Shown: positions 8,187 to 18,248 of the stretch, piece by piece
How positions within the stretch are numbered: position 1 is the first letter of the stretch
Layout of the letters: each line of letters starts with the position of its first letter
Assembly (NCBI GenBank): GCA_040389905.1
Contig: JAZJZK010000005.1
Span: forward strand, 1 to 64,000
Reading direction: 5' to 3'
DNA length: 64,000 nt
Source of the DNA: Gemmatimonadota bacterium
GTDB taxonomy: Bacteria; Gemmatimonadota; Gemmatimonadetes; Gemmatimonadales; Gemmatimonadaceae
The notes under the pieces: generated by a model
Told to the model about the DNA's origin: nothing
The model's input: only the letters and a program-made list of their open reading frames with translations
Databases searched by the model: none
Made by a program: the position numbers and the translations under genes

Positions 8187-10202
8187 ATGAACTATTTGCG
8201 CAATCGGTACTTCTTCTTTCTGGACGTCGTCTTTCTCGGCGCCTCGCCATTTCTGCTGTTCGCCCTTCGTTTCGAGGGCTTCCGGTGGCCGCCCGGGTAC
8301 CTCGACGCGTGCCTCGAGTTTACGGTCCTCGGCGTCACCATTCAGATGGTGGTGTATCTGGCCTTCGGCCTCTACCGCCGTTTCTGGCGTTTCGCCAGCA
8401 CCTCGGAGCTGAAGCTGATTTTCACCGCCGGGCTCGTCGCCGGCGTGTGCAACATGATCATGGGGCGATTCCTCGTCGGTCTGATCGCCGACCCGTGGCC
8501 GTCGGTCCCGATGTCAGTCCTGTTTTCGTATGCCTTGCTGAGCGTTGCCATCATCGCGGCGCCCAGGCTGTATGTGCGGGTTCGTGAGCTCACCAGCCGT
8601 CAGCGCCCGCGTTCCGTGGCCGACAAGCGCGCCCTGATCGTTGGAGCCGGCGCGGCGGGACATATGATTGCCCGCGAGCTGCGGCTGCATCCAACCCTCG
8701 AGCTCTCACCGGTCGGATTCGTCGACGACGACCGCGATATCCACGGACTGCGACTCGAGAACCTCCCGGTGTACGGCAGCCTGGAAGAGATTCCAAAGCT
8801 GGTCGAGGCGCACCGCATCGATGAGATCATCATCGCCATTCCGGGTTCGACTGGATCGCTGATCCGTCGCATCGTTGGTCTCGCGCTCAAGGCAGGCATC
8901 AAGGCGCGCACGATCCCGGGGCTGGGAGAAATCATCTCCGGCAAGGTGGACATTGCCGAGCTCCGTACCATCGAGATCCACGACCTGCTGCGCCGCGAGC
9001 CCATCACGACCAATCTCGAGAAGGTCATGACGCTGGCGAAGGGCGCCACCGTGCTGGTGACCGGTGCGGGTGGCTCGATCGGAAGTGAGCTGTGCCGGCA
9101 ACTTGCAGACCTCGAGCCGGCGAAGATCGTTCTGGTCGGTCGCGGCGAAAACTCGATCTTCGACATCCATAACGAGCTCCGCGCGAAGCATCCGAACCTG
9201 ACGCTCGTTCCCGTCATCGCCGACGTTCGCGACCGGGTGCGGATCCGGCGGGTGATCGAGCGGTACCGTCCACACTCCATCTTCCACGCCGCGGCGCACA
9301 AGCACGTGCCGCTCATGGAGGAGAACCCCTGCGAGGCCGTCACGAACAACGTGATGGGGACGAAGAACATCGTCGAAGCGGCGGTCGACTACGATGTCGA
9401 CTATTTCGTCCTGATCTCGACGGACAAGGCCGTGCGACCGACGAACGTGATGGGCGCCACGAAGCGTGTCGCGGAACACATCATGAAGCTCAAGTCGGCG
9501 AAGGCGAAAGGTACGTACGTCGCCGTCCGCTTCGGCAATGTGCTCGGCAGCCGCGGTAGCGTGGTGCCGACCTTCGTGAAGCAGATCAAGGCAGGCGGAC
9601 CGGTGACGATCACACACCCGGAAATGCGCCGCTTCTTCATGACCATCTCGGAAGCCGTTCAGTTGACCCTTCAGGCCGGGGCCATCGGCGAGAACGGCGA
9701 TCTGTTCATGCTCGACATGGGCGAGCAGGTCAAGGTGGTGGACCTTGCCGCGGACCTGATCCGGTTGTCGGGCCTCGAAGTCGGCACCGATATCGAAATC
9801 AAGTTCATCGGGACGCGTCCAGGCGAGAAGCTGTACGAGGAAATGTTCTGGGGCGACGAGGTGGCCGAGCCCACGGAACACCCGAAGGTGCTGCGCGCCA
9901 GACGCACGGCGTTCGACCCCAGGATCGTGCCGCTGATTGGGGAGCTCATCGAAGCAGGCGTGGAGAACCAAACTGATTCCGACGTTCGCGACCTGCTCCG
10001 GCAGATCGTGCCGGACTTCGTGCCGGACGCGCCAGACCGCTCGCTGACGCCGACGGAAGCAATGGTGACCACTCCCGTCACGCGCATCTCGGCGGACACG
10101 CCGGTCGTCGGCGGGAATGGAAGTGGGAACGGAAATAATCTTTCCGTTGGACGTCAGAAGGCGGGCCGCAATTCCAAGCCGTCAGCCGCGCCGAGCCTTT
10201 GA
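8187..10202 (+). CDS. membrane-bound UDP-GlcNAc 4,6-dehydratase (PglF/CapD/WbpM family)
   Basis: Four N-terminal TMs, LIVGAG CoA-binding-like domain, VTGAGGSIGSE, HAAAHKHVP, STDKAV, RFGNVLGSRGSV, RPGEKLYEE. Confidence 0.92.
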   Translation: MNYLRNRYFFFLDVVFLGASPFLLFALRFEGFRWPPGYLDACLEFTVLGVTIQMVVYLAFGLYRRFWRFASTSELKLIFTAGLVAGVCNMIMGRFLVGLIADPWPSVPMSVLFSYALLSVAIIAAPRLYVRVRELTSRQRPRSVADKRALIVGAGAAGHMIARELRLHPTLELSPVGFVDDDRDIHGLRLENLPVYGSLEEIPKLVEAHRIDEIIIAIPGSTGSLIRRIVGLALKAGIKARTIPGLGEIISGKVDIAELRTIEIHDLLRREPITTNLEKVMTLAKGATVLVTGAGGSIGSELCRQLADLEPAKIVLVGRGENSIFDIHNELRAKHPNLTLVPVIADVRDRVRIRRVIERYRPHSIFHAAAHKHVPLMEENPCEAVTNNVMGTKNIVEAAVDYDVDYFVLISTDKAVRPTNVMGATKRVAEHIMKLKSAKAKGTYVAVRFGNVLGSRGSVVPTFVKQIKAGGPVTITHPEMRRFFMTISEAVQLTLQAGAIGENGDLFMLDMGEQVKVVDLAADLIRLSGLEVGTDIEIKFIGTRPGEKLYEEMFWGDEVAEPTEHPKVLRARRTAFDPRIVPLIGELIEAGVENQTDSDVRDLLRQIVPDFVPDAPDRSLTPTEAMVTTPVTRISADTPVVGGNGSGNGNNLSVGRQKAGRNSKPSAAPSL

Positions 10203-10226
10203 TGACTCGGCGCGGGCTGGCGAGCG

Positions 10227-11732
10227 TCAGTGCGTGAGCATCCAGTCAAGTACGCTCTTCGTGATGCCCTGAATGGCGGCATTCTGCGGCCCTGAATAAT
10301 CCGAGAGCCAGCGTCCCCATTCATTGAAGCCGGATGCGAACACCCCTGCGCCGCTCTTCGCCCGGAAGAACGTGGTGTGGAAGGTCATGCTCGTTCCCTC
10401 GCTCCGCGGGTTGTACGGAAGCGAGATACGCAGCAGCACCTGCATGTCCGCGGGGGTGCGCCCGTTCTGGAACAGGTTGTCTCCTTCGAGCGATGCCTCT
10501 CCGCTCAGGACCGGCGTGATGAGCATCCCCGGGATAGTGTCCCCGATCGCCACTCCCCCTGCCTTGAGAAAAGCCGTCGCCTCTGGTCCCGAGACACTGT
10601 CCGCGGCGAATCGTGGCCATTGCGCGAACAGTGCCGTGCGCGAGAACTGCACGCCGTACAGGGCGTTTTCCGGACGATTGAGCGGTGGCTCCCGGAAGAT
10701 CGCCGAGACGTCGGTCCCGTTAGCTTCCGGATCGACGTCGGAGTTGTAGCTCGAGATCAGGTGCCCCGCGCGCGCCGTGCCGGGCCCCAGGTGAATCGCG
10801 CGGTAGCCATTGTTGGCCGAGAAGAACATGAGGTGCGTTCCTCGGTCGCGTGCGGCTTCCACGGATGCGCGCATCTGATTGGTCCAGTACTCGTCGTGAC
10901 CCACGAACAGCAGCGCGCGCGTGGGCCTGAGCTGCGTGGTCGCGAGGTCGAGGTCGGACACATAATGGACGTTGTACCCCATCCGCTCCATCCACTGAGC
11001 CACCGAGAGCTCATGGCTGTGCGAGTGCGCGAGCACGAAGGACGCTCCCGCGGAGGTGGTGTACGGCCGCTCGAACGAAACCTTATGACCCCGCACGCCG
11101 GCGGTGTAGGTGTACAGGCTACGCTCGTTGAAATCATTGTAGGCCTGCCAGGTGAATTGCGGAATGACGGCGATGAAAGGCGCCGGCGATGGATCCGAGA
11201 CCATGAAGGGGTAATACGCAATGCTGGTGGTCTTGTCCTCCACACGGAGCAGATAGAGTCCGCTGAGCCATGACGCCGCCACGGGAATACGCGCCGTGAT
11301 GCTCCATGGGCAGACGACCGGTTCGGTGGTCGTGCACGCGGGTTGAGGTCCGGCGGGGATCGCGTCGAGCTTCGTGATGATTCGCGCACCCGCGCCGCCG
11401 TACCAGCCGATGCGATACACGGTCACGGAGACGGGACCCTTCGTGGCGTGAATGTGAACGTCGACCGTGTCACCGAGGTGGGGCGCGTACGGGGACGCCC
11501 ACATCATCAGGTCCTTGGGGCTCGCCCAGCGCGTCGAGTAATAGTCCGCATTCCCGGGCTGGCGGTTTTCCATCTGGATGCTCGTATCAGCGGCGACGGC
11601 CACGGGGGTCGTCGGCACTTGCGGATCAGGAACCTGAAAAGGCGAGACATCGGCGCTACAGGCCAGCGGCAAGAGTACTCCGAGCGCGAACAGGCGAGTG
11701 GCGGGCGTGCGGGATCGGCGGCGATCCAGCAT
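10227..11732 (-). CDS. N,N-dimethylformamidase large (beta) subunit-family lipoprotein
   Basis: Lipobox PLAC; YRIGWYGGAGAR, TWQAYN, VSFERPY, GHDEYWT and FFSANN motifs. Confidence 0.75.
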   Translation of the reverse strand: MLDRRRSRTPATRLFALGVLLPLACSADVSPFQVPDPQVPTTPVAVAADTSIQMENRQPGNADYYSTRWASPKDLMMWASPYAPHLGDTVDVHIHATKGPVSVTVYRIGWYGGAGARIITKLDAIPAGPQPACTTTEPVVCPWSITARIPVAASWLSGLYLLRVEDKTTSIAYYPFMVSDPSPAPFIAVIPQFTWQAYNDFNERSLYTYTAGVRGHKVSFERPYTTSAGASFVLAHSHSHELSVAQWMERMGYNVHYVSDLDLATTQLRPTRALLFVGHDEYWTNQMRASVEAARDRGTHLMFFSANNGYRAIHLGPGTARAGHLISSYNSDVDPEANGTDVSAIFREPPLNRPENALYGVQFSRTALFAQWPRFAADSVSGPEATAFLKAGGVAIGDTIPGMLITPVLSGEASLEGDNLFQNGRTPADMQVLLRISLPYNPRSEGTSMTFHTTFFRAKSGAGVFASGFNEWGRWLSDYSGPQNAAIQGITKSVLDWMLTH

Positions 11733-12020
11733 AAAACCTCAAAAAAGATGAAGGGGTAGGATTTGCAGGAGGGAACAGATGGGGAAAACCCGCAAGAGCA
11801 TGACGACGACCAAAGACGATCACTTGCAGACTCCGCAACCGCAGAGTGCGCTGACGTGCGCAGTGCGAGCCTTGCCAAGCCCTTTCTCCCTGTATTCTTT
11901 CCGGAGATGCGGCAAGACGTCAAGTTCCGAGCGGGGACGGCGCCGTACTAATGTTATCTTTCGACAGGTGTTGACAGCAACATCCGTCGCAGCTCCCAAA
12001 CATCAATACAGCAGCACATC

Positions 12021-15000
12021 ATGAACATCCGCAAGGGATTGTTGTGCGCGGCCTTCACCGCGCTCATTGGCACACCATCGATGGCCGGCGCACAGGTGAC
12101 ACCGCCATCGCCGGCCACGGCGCAGAAGCTCGCGCAGGAGCGGCCAGAAGTCATGGCGCAACTCGTGTCGAAGCTCCAGTCCAGCGGGCTGACGAACGAA
12201 CAGATCCGGTCTCGTCTCAAGGCCCAGGGATACGCGGAAACCCTGCTCGACGTCTACCTGCCCGGTGGCAACCGAAACGCGCCGCCGCCGTCCGCCGCCG
12301 AGGCCCAGAAAGCCCTTCAGTCGCTTGGCCTCAATGAAACGTCCACGGTCACGACACCCACCGCGCCCGAAATCGCCACGGTGACTTCGGTTCCTGCGGC
12401 AGAAGCGGGTCTGACCGCCGGTGTGCCGATTCAGCAGGGCGGGCTGGGTGTGTTTGGTGTTGAAATCTTCCGTCGCACGACGACGCAGTTCGACCCCGTC
12501 CTTGCCGGTCCCGTCGATGCGAACTACCGCGTTGGACCGCGCGATGTTCTCCAGCTCACGCTGACGGGTGGTATCGAAGCCACCTACCAGATGGAGGTGT
12601 CGCGCGAAGGATCGGTCAACATTCCCAAGGTCGGCGAAGTTGCCGTTACCAACCTCAATCTCGACCAGGTGCGCGATCTCCTGTACATCCGGCTTGGCCG
12701 GGTGTACTCGGGCGTGCGCCGCTCTTCCGATGCAACGACCTTCTTCACCCTTACGGTCTCCAAGCTACGCGCGAACCAGGTGTTCGTGCTCGGTGATGTC
12801 ACCGTCCCCGGCTCCTTCACCATCTCGAGTGTGGGAACCGCACTGACCGCGCTGTACGCCGCCGGTGGGCCGACGATCAACGGGTCGATGCGTCTCATCG
12901 AGGTCCGCCGTGCCGGCAAGGTCGTGAGCACGCTCGATCTCTACGACTACCTCCTCAGGGGAGACGCGACGAAGGACATCCGGCTGGAGAACAACGATAT
13001 CGTTTTCGTTCCCTCCAATCCGAAACATGCGGCGATCACCGGCGAGATCATGCGCCCGGCGATCTACGAGTTGAAGGATGGTGAGACACTTGCCGAGCTG
13101 GTGGCCTACGCAGGTGGATTCAAGTCGACGGCAGCGCGCCGCCGCCTCGAAATCACGCGTATTCTTCCGCCGGAGCAGCGTCCGAACGGCGGTCGCGACC
13201 GCGTCGTCCTGGACGTGGAGGGACCCGAGCTGAACCTCGGATCCGCGCCCCGGACCCCGCTGCTCACCGGTGATCAGGTCGTCGTCTTCGGCGTTACGTC
13301 GCCCGTTCGCGACCAGATCACGATCGGCGGCGGCGTCTGGGCTCCCGGCAACCTGGGGTTCCGTCCCGGCATGACGCTCTCCGAGGCGATCCGGAAGGCA
13401 GGTGGCGTCAAGGGCGACGCCTATCTCGGTGAAATCCACATTACGCGGCAACTTCCTGACCAGCGGACCGAGGTCGTCCGGTCACGCCTGTCCGATACCC
13501 TCGGTACGGTCGATCCTGATGTCGTTCTCAAGGACGGAGACGAGGTTCGTATTTTTTCGGTCACGGAGTTCCGCACGACGCGAACGATCAGTCTCACTGG
13601 AGCAGTGAGGCGCCCGGTTGGGCCGATCGCGTACCAGAACGGCATCACGTTACGTGACCTTCTGGTGCTTGCGGGCGGCGTACGGGGTGATGCGTATCTT
13701 GGCGAAATCCAGATTACACGGGTGCTCCCCGACCAACGCACCGAGATTGTTCGGTCGCGCCTGTCCGATACGCTTGGTACCGTCAATCCCAATGTCGTTC
13801 TCAAGGAAGGAGACCAGGTCCATGTCTTCTCGGTCGAGGAATTTCGTACGACGCGGACCGTCACGCTTGCCGGAAAGGTCAGGCGCGCCGTTACCGGACC
13901 GTATCAGGTCGGGACTACCTTCCGCGATCTGATGCAGTTGGCGGGCGGGGTGGAGGACGGTTCCGATCCGATGGACACCGTCGAGGTCACTCGGCTCCAG
14001 CCGGATCTCACGAACAGGAGCTTCCGGATCGCGCTCCGCGATGCATCGGGGGCGTACAATTCGTTCGCGGTGCAGCCGGGAGATGTGTTCACCGTTCATG
14101 CACGATCGGAATTCCGGACCGAGCGAACCGTCACCGTGGGCGGCGCAGTGAAGGCGGGTTCCGTGACAATACCGTTCGCGGAGGGTCTGACGCTGCGGCA
14201 GGCGATCATTGCCGCGGGTGGGCTGACGGAAAGCGCCTATCTCGTCGAAGTGGAAATCTCGCGGCGGCCACCGAGCCACGAAGGCGGCACGCTGGCGAAG
14301 GTGTTCCGCGTACCGTTGGATTCGACCTACATTCTCGAGCGCGGCCCCGACGGCAAGTATCTCGGTCCGCCGGGGATCGCGACGCCAGCGAGCGGTGCAC
14401 CAGAGGTCACCCTCCAGCCGTATGACCACGTCAGTGTGCTCACCCAGCCGGAGTGGTACGTGGGCGGCACGGTAACGATCATGGGCGAAGTCAAGTTCCC
14501 GAGCACGTATTCGATAAAGAACCGGAACGAGCGCATCTCCGATCTCATCGCGCATGCGGGAGGTCTCACCGAGCGCGCGTTCACGGACGGAGCTATCTTC
14601 CGCCGCGAGAGTGCAGCCATGGATGCCTCCGATCGGCAACGACTGCTTCAGGGCGTAATGCTCGACCGCTCGTATTCACTGGCAATCGAGCGGATCAACG
14701 CTGCCGCGCGCATGGCAAGTACGCCGGCGGCGGCCGCTGTTGGTGCCACAGGCGCTGTGACAGCCGCGGTGTCCGCGGAAGAGACCGCACTTCAGGGCGC
14801 GCTGAACTTCGGGGAGGGTCAGAACCGCGTCGCGATCGATCTGTCCGAAGCTCTGCGTCATCAGAATCACAGTGATAACCTGCTCCTCAAAGCAGGGGAT
14901 ATTCTCATCATCCCAATGGCCAACCCCACCGTCACCGTCCGCGGATTCGTCAACGCTCCCGTGACCCTTCCGTACCGCCCCGGTGCGTCGATCGACGACT

Positions 15001-15257
15001 ACATTGCCGGCGCGGGCGGGCTCACGCAGAACGCCGATCCGCACGGCGCCTTCGTTCAGCAGCCGAATGGTCGCGTGGAGACGTACCGGCACCACCGATT
15101 GCTCCCCGACGAGGTGCCGACGCCCGGGCCGGGTTCGGTCATCATCGTTCCGCCGCGCGAGGTCAAGATCGAGGGTGGCATCGCATGGGGGACGATCTTC
15201 CAGGGGTTGGGGACATTTGCGACGGCTCTCGCGGCGATCATTTCGCTGAGCCGATAG
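12021..15257 (+). CDS. polysaccharide export (OPX) protein with multiple SLBB domains (Wza/KpsD/OtnA-like)
   Basis: Signal peptide, YRVGPRD Poly_export motif, ALYAAGGP..GSMR, repeated xAGG SLBB units, C-terminal amphipathic helix. Confidence 0.9.
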   Translation: MNIRKGLLCAAFTALIGTPSMAGAQVTPPSPATAQKLAQERPEVMAQLVSKLQSSGLTNEQIRSRLKAQGYAETLLDVYLPGGNRNAPPPSAAEAQKALQSLGLNETSTVTTPTAPEIATVTSVPAAEAGLTAGVPIQQGGLGVFGVEIFRRTTTQFDPVLAGPVDANYRVGPRDVLQLTLTGGIEATYQMEVSREGSVNIPKVGEVAVTNLNLDQVRDLLYIRLGRVYSGVRRSSDATTFFTLTVSKLRANQVFVLGDVTVPGSFTISSVGTALTALYAAGGPTINGSMRLIEVRRAGKVVSTLDLYDYLLRGDATKDIRLENNDIVFVPSNPKHAAITGEIMRPAIYELKDGETLAELVAYAGGFKSTAARRRLEITRILPPEQRPNGGRDRVVLDVEGPELNLGSAPRTPLLTGDQVVVFGVTSPVRDQITIGGGVWAPGNLGFRPGMTLSEAIRKAGGVKGDAYLGEIHITRQLPDQRTEVVRSRLSDTLGTVDPDVVLKDGDEVRIFSVTEFRTTRTISLTGAVRRPVGPIAYQNGITLRDLLVLAGGVRGDAYLGEIQITRVLPDQRTEIVRSRLSDTLGTVNPNVVLKEGDQVHVFSVEEFRTTRTVTLAGKVRRAVTGPYQVGTTFRDLMQLAGGVEDGSDPMDTVEVTRLQPDLTNRSFRIALRDASGAYNSFAVQPGDVFTVHARSEFRTERTVTVGGAVKAGSVTIPFAEGLTLRQAIIAAGGLTESAYLVEVEISRRPPSHEGGTLAKVFRVPLDSTYILERGPDGKYLGPPGIATPASGAPEVTLQPYDHVSVLTQPEWYVGGTVTIMGEVKFPSTYSIKNRNERISDLIAHAGGLTERAFTDGAIFRRESAAMDASDRQRLLQGVMLDRSYSLAIERINAAARMASTPAAAAVGATGAVTAAVSAEETALQGALNFGEGQNRVAIDLSEALRHQNHSDNLLLKAGDILIIPMANPTVTVRGFVNAPVTLPYRPGASIDDYIAGAGGLTQNADPHGAFVQQPNGRVETYRHHRLLPDEVPTPGPGSVIIVPPREVKIEGGIAWGTIFQGLGTFATALAAIISLSR

Positions 15258-15681
15258 TCCACATCCACGAGAGGAAGGGAACGGCCGCGCGCGTCAATTC
15301 GCTCGGCCGTTGTCACGTCCGCAATTGGATACCGCGCGAGCGCGGCCAGCCGTTCCACAAAATTTACTTTGTGTGCGCATTGATGTGCTTGGCGAGACGG
15401 CGCGACGACCTTATGTTGCAGCATCAGCGTGGGCCAATCTCCAAACTGGGCCGCATGCTGGACTCTGGGGCACTGTACCAGGCGAGGCACGACGAAGGCC
15501 TCTCTCGCTCCGCTGGCCTACGAATCTCCAGAGGTTGTTTCTGCGTGGCGGTTGATTTTCCCTCCGATGTGCCGGCCTGCCGCGGCCGTGTTCAGAATGC
15601 ACCAATTGTCCTAGCTCTTCCCGCTTGCGCGAGCCGTCCGCTCGCGCCGCAGGCTTGCTCTCATTCGAGAGGACATTCATC

Positions 15682-17127
15682 GTGACCGCGATCTCCGAAG
15701 CGACGGCGCAGGCCGGGCGTCAGGCTAGCCGGATGGTGCTAGTCGGCGGTTTGCTCGCGCTCCTCGCACTCGCGCTGATCAGTAACGAGAACACAGCGAT
15801 TGTCGCGTACCCGGTCGCCGCGGTGATCGTGACCATGATCCTGTTCTCACTCGCGCTTATTCGTCTCAACGGAGATCTGCCCTACTTCGAGACGGGGTTC
15901 TTCTTCACCGTTCTCGTTACGATCTATTCGATTTACGGTCCAATCGCGGGAATCATCGGCGATCTGCGTTATACGCCACTGAATGATCTGCGTCTGTGGC
16001 TCATGAAGCCAACGGGCGAGGAGATCGCCCGGATAGCGTGGCTGCATGCCGCGTTGCTCGCGTCGTTCGCGACCGCGTATGTGCTTGTACGACGGCGGGT
16101 TCCGAGGATCGAGCAGGGAATCGAGCGACCCGATGCGTCCACGCTGATTATCCTCATCGCGCTGTACATCGCCATCAAGATCTTCTTTCTCTTCCTGGTC
16201 GCCTTTTTCGGTCTCCGCTTCGAGACGTACGCGGATGAATTCCGCGTCGTGCGTTCGCTGCCGCTCATCTTCATGCAGCTGAACAACCATCTGGGTGGAA
16301 TGCTGAATTCTGTCCAGTTGCTGATCCTCCTGTCGCTCTTCGCCAACTATGAGAAGTACAAGCGCGTCATCTTCGTCTGGTTGGGAACGTCCACAGTGCT
16401 TGCGGTGGCGCACTTCGGTTCGCGCACGGAGCTGTTTCTCCTGCTGCTGTCCGCCGTTATCGCGTACCACAGGTTGGTGAAACCGTTGAGCGGCCGCATT
16501 GTGGTTGCAATCGGCATCGCAATGCTGTCCGCCTTTCTGATCCTTGGCGTGATCAGATTGCTCCAGAGCGCCACCGTCGACGAGGCGTCGACCACATCGG
16601 AGTTCGATGCGTTGTTCACCACCGCGGTGGATCTGGCGCGACGGAACGACTATCACACGAACTTGCCCCCGCCCCCGACGCGCCTGTACAACGACGTCCT
16701 CGCGCTCATACCACAGCAGCTGATTCCAATCCAGAAGGGCGACATGGCCGTGTGGTATCTCAAGTCATATCACGAGGACGTGTACGAGGAGGGCGGAGGG
16801 TACGCATTCGGCATTGTTGCCGAAGCCGTTGTGGGATACGGACTGATCGAGCTCGTGATACGCGGCATGCTCCTTGGCGCAATGATGGCAGCGTTTCACC
16901 GCTGGTACGCTCGTACGCGGCACACCGTGTGGACGCTCGGCCTGTATACGTGGGTTACCGCGATCTCATACCTGTCGTACCGGAACACCACGTTTACGCC
17001 GATCGTGATCCTGTTCTTCCGTTTCCTTCCGCTCTATCTCATCGTTCGTTTCTTCGCTCCGCTTCTTCGGTCCTCGCTGTATCGGAAGCGGCTGCCGCAA
17101 GCGCCGGCTACTACCGCGACCGCATGA
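15682..17127 (+). CDS. wzy: putative Wzy polysaccharide polymerase
   Basis: About 11-12 TMs, GSR motif, large late loop, GxAFGIVAEAVVGYG; GAGAGGA RBS before the GTG start. Confidence 0.65.
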   Translation: MTAISEATAQAGRQASRMVLVGGLLALLALALISNENTAIVAYPVAAVIVTMILFSLALIRLNGDLPYFETGFFFTVLVTIYSIYGPIAGIIGDLRYTPLNDLRLWLMKPTGEEIARIAWLHAALLASFATAYVLVRRRVPRIEQGIERPDASTLIILIALYIAIKIFFLFLVAFFGLRFETYADEFRVVRSLPLIFMQLNNHLGGMLNSVQLLILLSLFANYEKYKRVIFVWLGTSTVLAVAHFGSRTELFLLLLSAVIAYHRLVKPLSGRIVVAIGIAMLSAFLILGVIRLLQSATVDEASTTSEFDALFTTAVDLARRNDYHTNLPPPPTRLYNDVLALIPQQLIPIQKGDMAVWYLKSYHEDVYEEGGGYAFGIVAEAVVGYGLIELVIRGMLLGAMMAAFHRWYARTRHTVWTLGLYTWVTAISYLSYRNTTFTPIVILFFRFLPLYLIVRFFAPLLRSSLYRKRLPQAPATTATA

Positions 17128-18245
17128 AGGTTCCGCGCCGGCGCATTCTGCACGTCATACCAACGCTTGGTGAAGCGGGCGCGGAACGTCAGCTCTCGTA
17201 CCTGGCCGCCGCCCTCGGGCGGCGGGATTGGGAGGTGCACGTCGCGGTGCGGATCATGGGTCCGAACGCGCAGCGTCTGGCCGATGCGGGAATCGCCGTT
17301 CACGTCATTCCCGCGATATCGAACTACGATCCGATCAGTATCGTCCACCTGCACATGGTGATTCGAGAGGTCCAGCCCGCGCTCATCCAGACATGGATCA
17401 TGCAGAGCGACCTCCTTGGCGGGGGTGTGGCTCAGCTGTGCGGAATACCGTGGATCCTGAGTGAGCGCAGTTCGGGTGAGGCCTACGGGCAAGCGGGCAA
17501 GCACCGTGCGCGTGCCCGGCTTGCGCGCCGCGCCCGTGCGATCGTTTCCAACTCGCACAGTGGCAACTCCTATTGGGCGGGTATGGTGGGCGACGCCGTT
17601 CCGCGGTATGTGATTCCCAACGCCCTCCCGCTCGAAGAAATCGCGTCGGCGCCATTGCTGGAGCCTGCTGACTGGCGTCCGCCGGGCCGGCCGCTGATTG
17701 CCAGTGTGGGTCGCCTGATGCGCGTCCCCAAGAACACCCACGGATTCGTGCTCGGACTGCGCGCGGTGATTCCTCGCACTGATGCTCGCGCGATCATCTG
17801 CGGCGAAGGGCCGGCGCGTGGCGAGATCGAGTCGCTCATCGACCTCTTCGGTATGCAGGCAAACGTGCGCCTCGCTGGTACCGCATTGAAGGTATGGAGC
17901 GTCCTCAAGACGGCGGACGTGCTGGTCGCTGCGAGCTTTTACGAGGGGAATCCGAACGCGGTACTGGAGGCGATGGCGAGCGGATGCCCACTCGTCGTGA
18001 GTGACATTCCCGCGCATCGGGAGCTACTGGACGAGACGACGGCGCTCTTCGTCGATCCCACGTCCCCCACGTCGATCGGGGAGGGTGTGCTGGCGGTGCT
18101 TCGCGATCCGGATGCCGCGAGGTGCCGGAGCATCAAGGCGCGCGGGCGCGTGGCGGAGCTGACGATCGAGCAGATGGCATCGCAATACGAAGGGGTCTAC
18201 GAGGACGTCCTGGCCGGGTCGTCGCGCGAACATTCGAGGAATTGA
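17124..18245 (+). CDS. GT4 glycosyltransferase
   Basis: GAERQL and EGNPNAVLEAMASG motifs; ATGA overlap with the upstream gene. Confidence 0.9.
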   Translation: MKVPRRRILHVIPTLGEAGAERQLSYLAAALGRRDWEVHVAVRIMGPNAQRLADAGIAVHVIPAISNYDPISIVHLHMVIREVQPALIQTWIMQSDLLGGGVAQLCGIPWILSERSSGEAYGQAGKHRARARLARRARAIVSNSHSGNSYWAGMVGDAVPRYVIPNALPLEEIASAPLLEPADWRPPGRPLIASVGRLMRVPKNTHGFVLGLRAVIPRTDARAIICGEGPARGEIESLIDLFGMQANVRLAGTALKVWSVLKTADVLVAASFYEGNPNAVLEAMASGCPLVVSDIPAHRELLDETTALFVDPTSPTSIGEGVLAVLRDPDAARCRSIKARGRVAELTIEQMASQYEGVYEDVLAGSSREHSRN

Positions 18246-18248
18246 GCA

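Noticed and set aside
16752..17123. N-terminal extensions in the ORF track (also 47079-47267 and 60344-60580)
   Set aside because: They overlap neighbouring genes; downstream starts with an RBS or stop/start coupling fit better.
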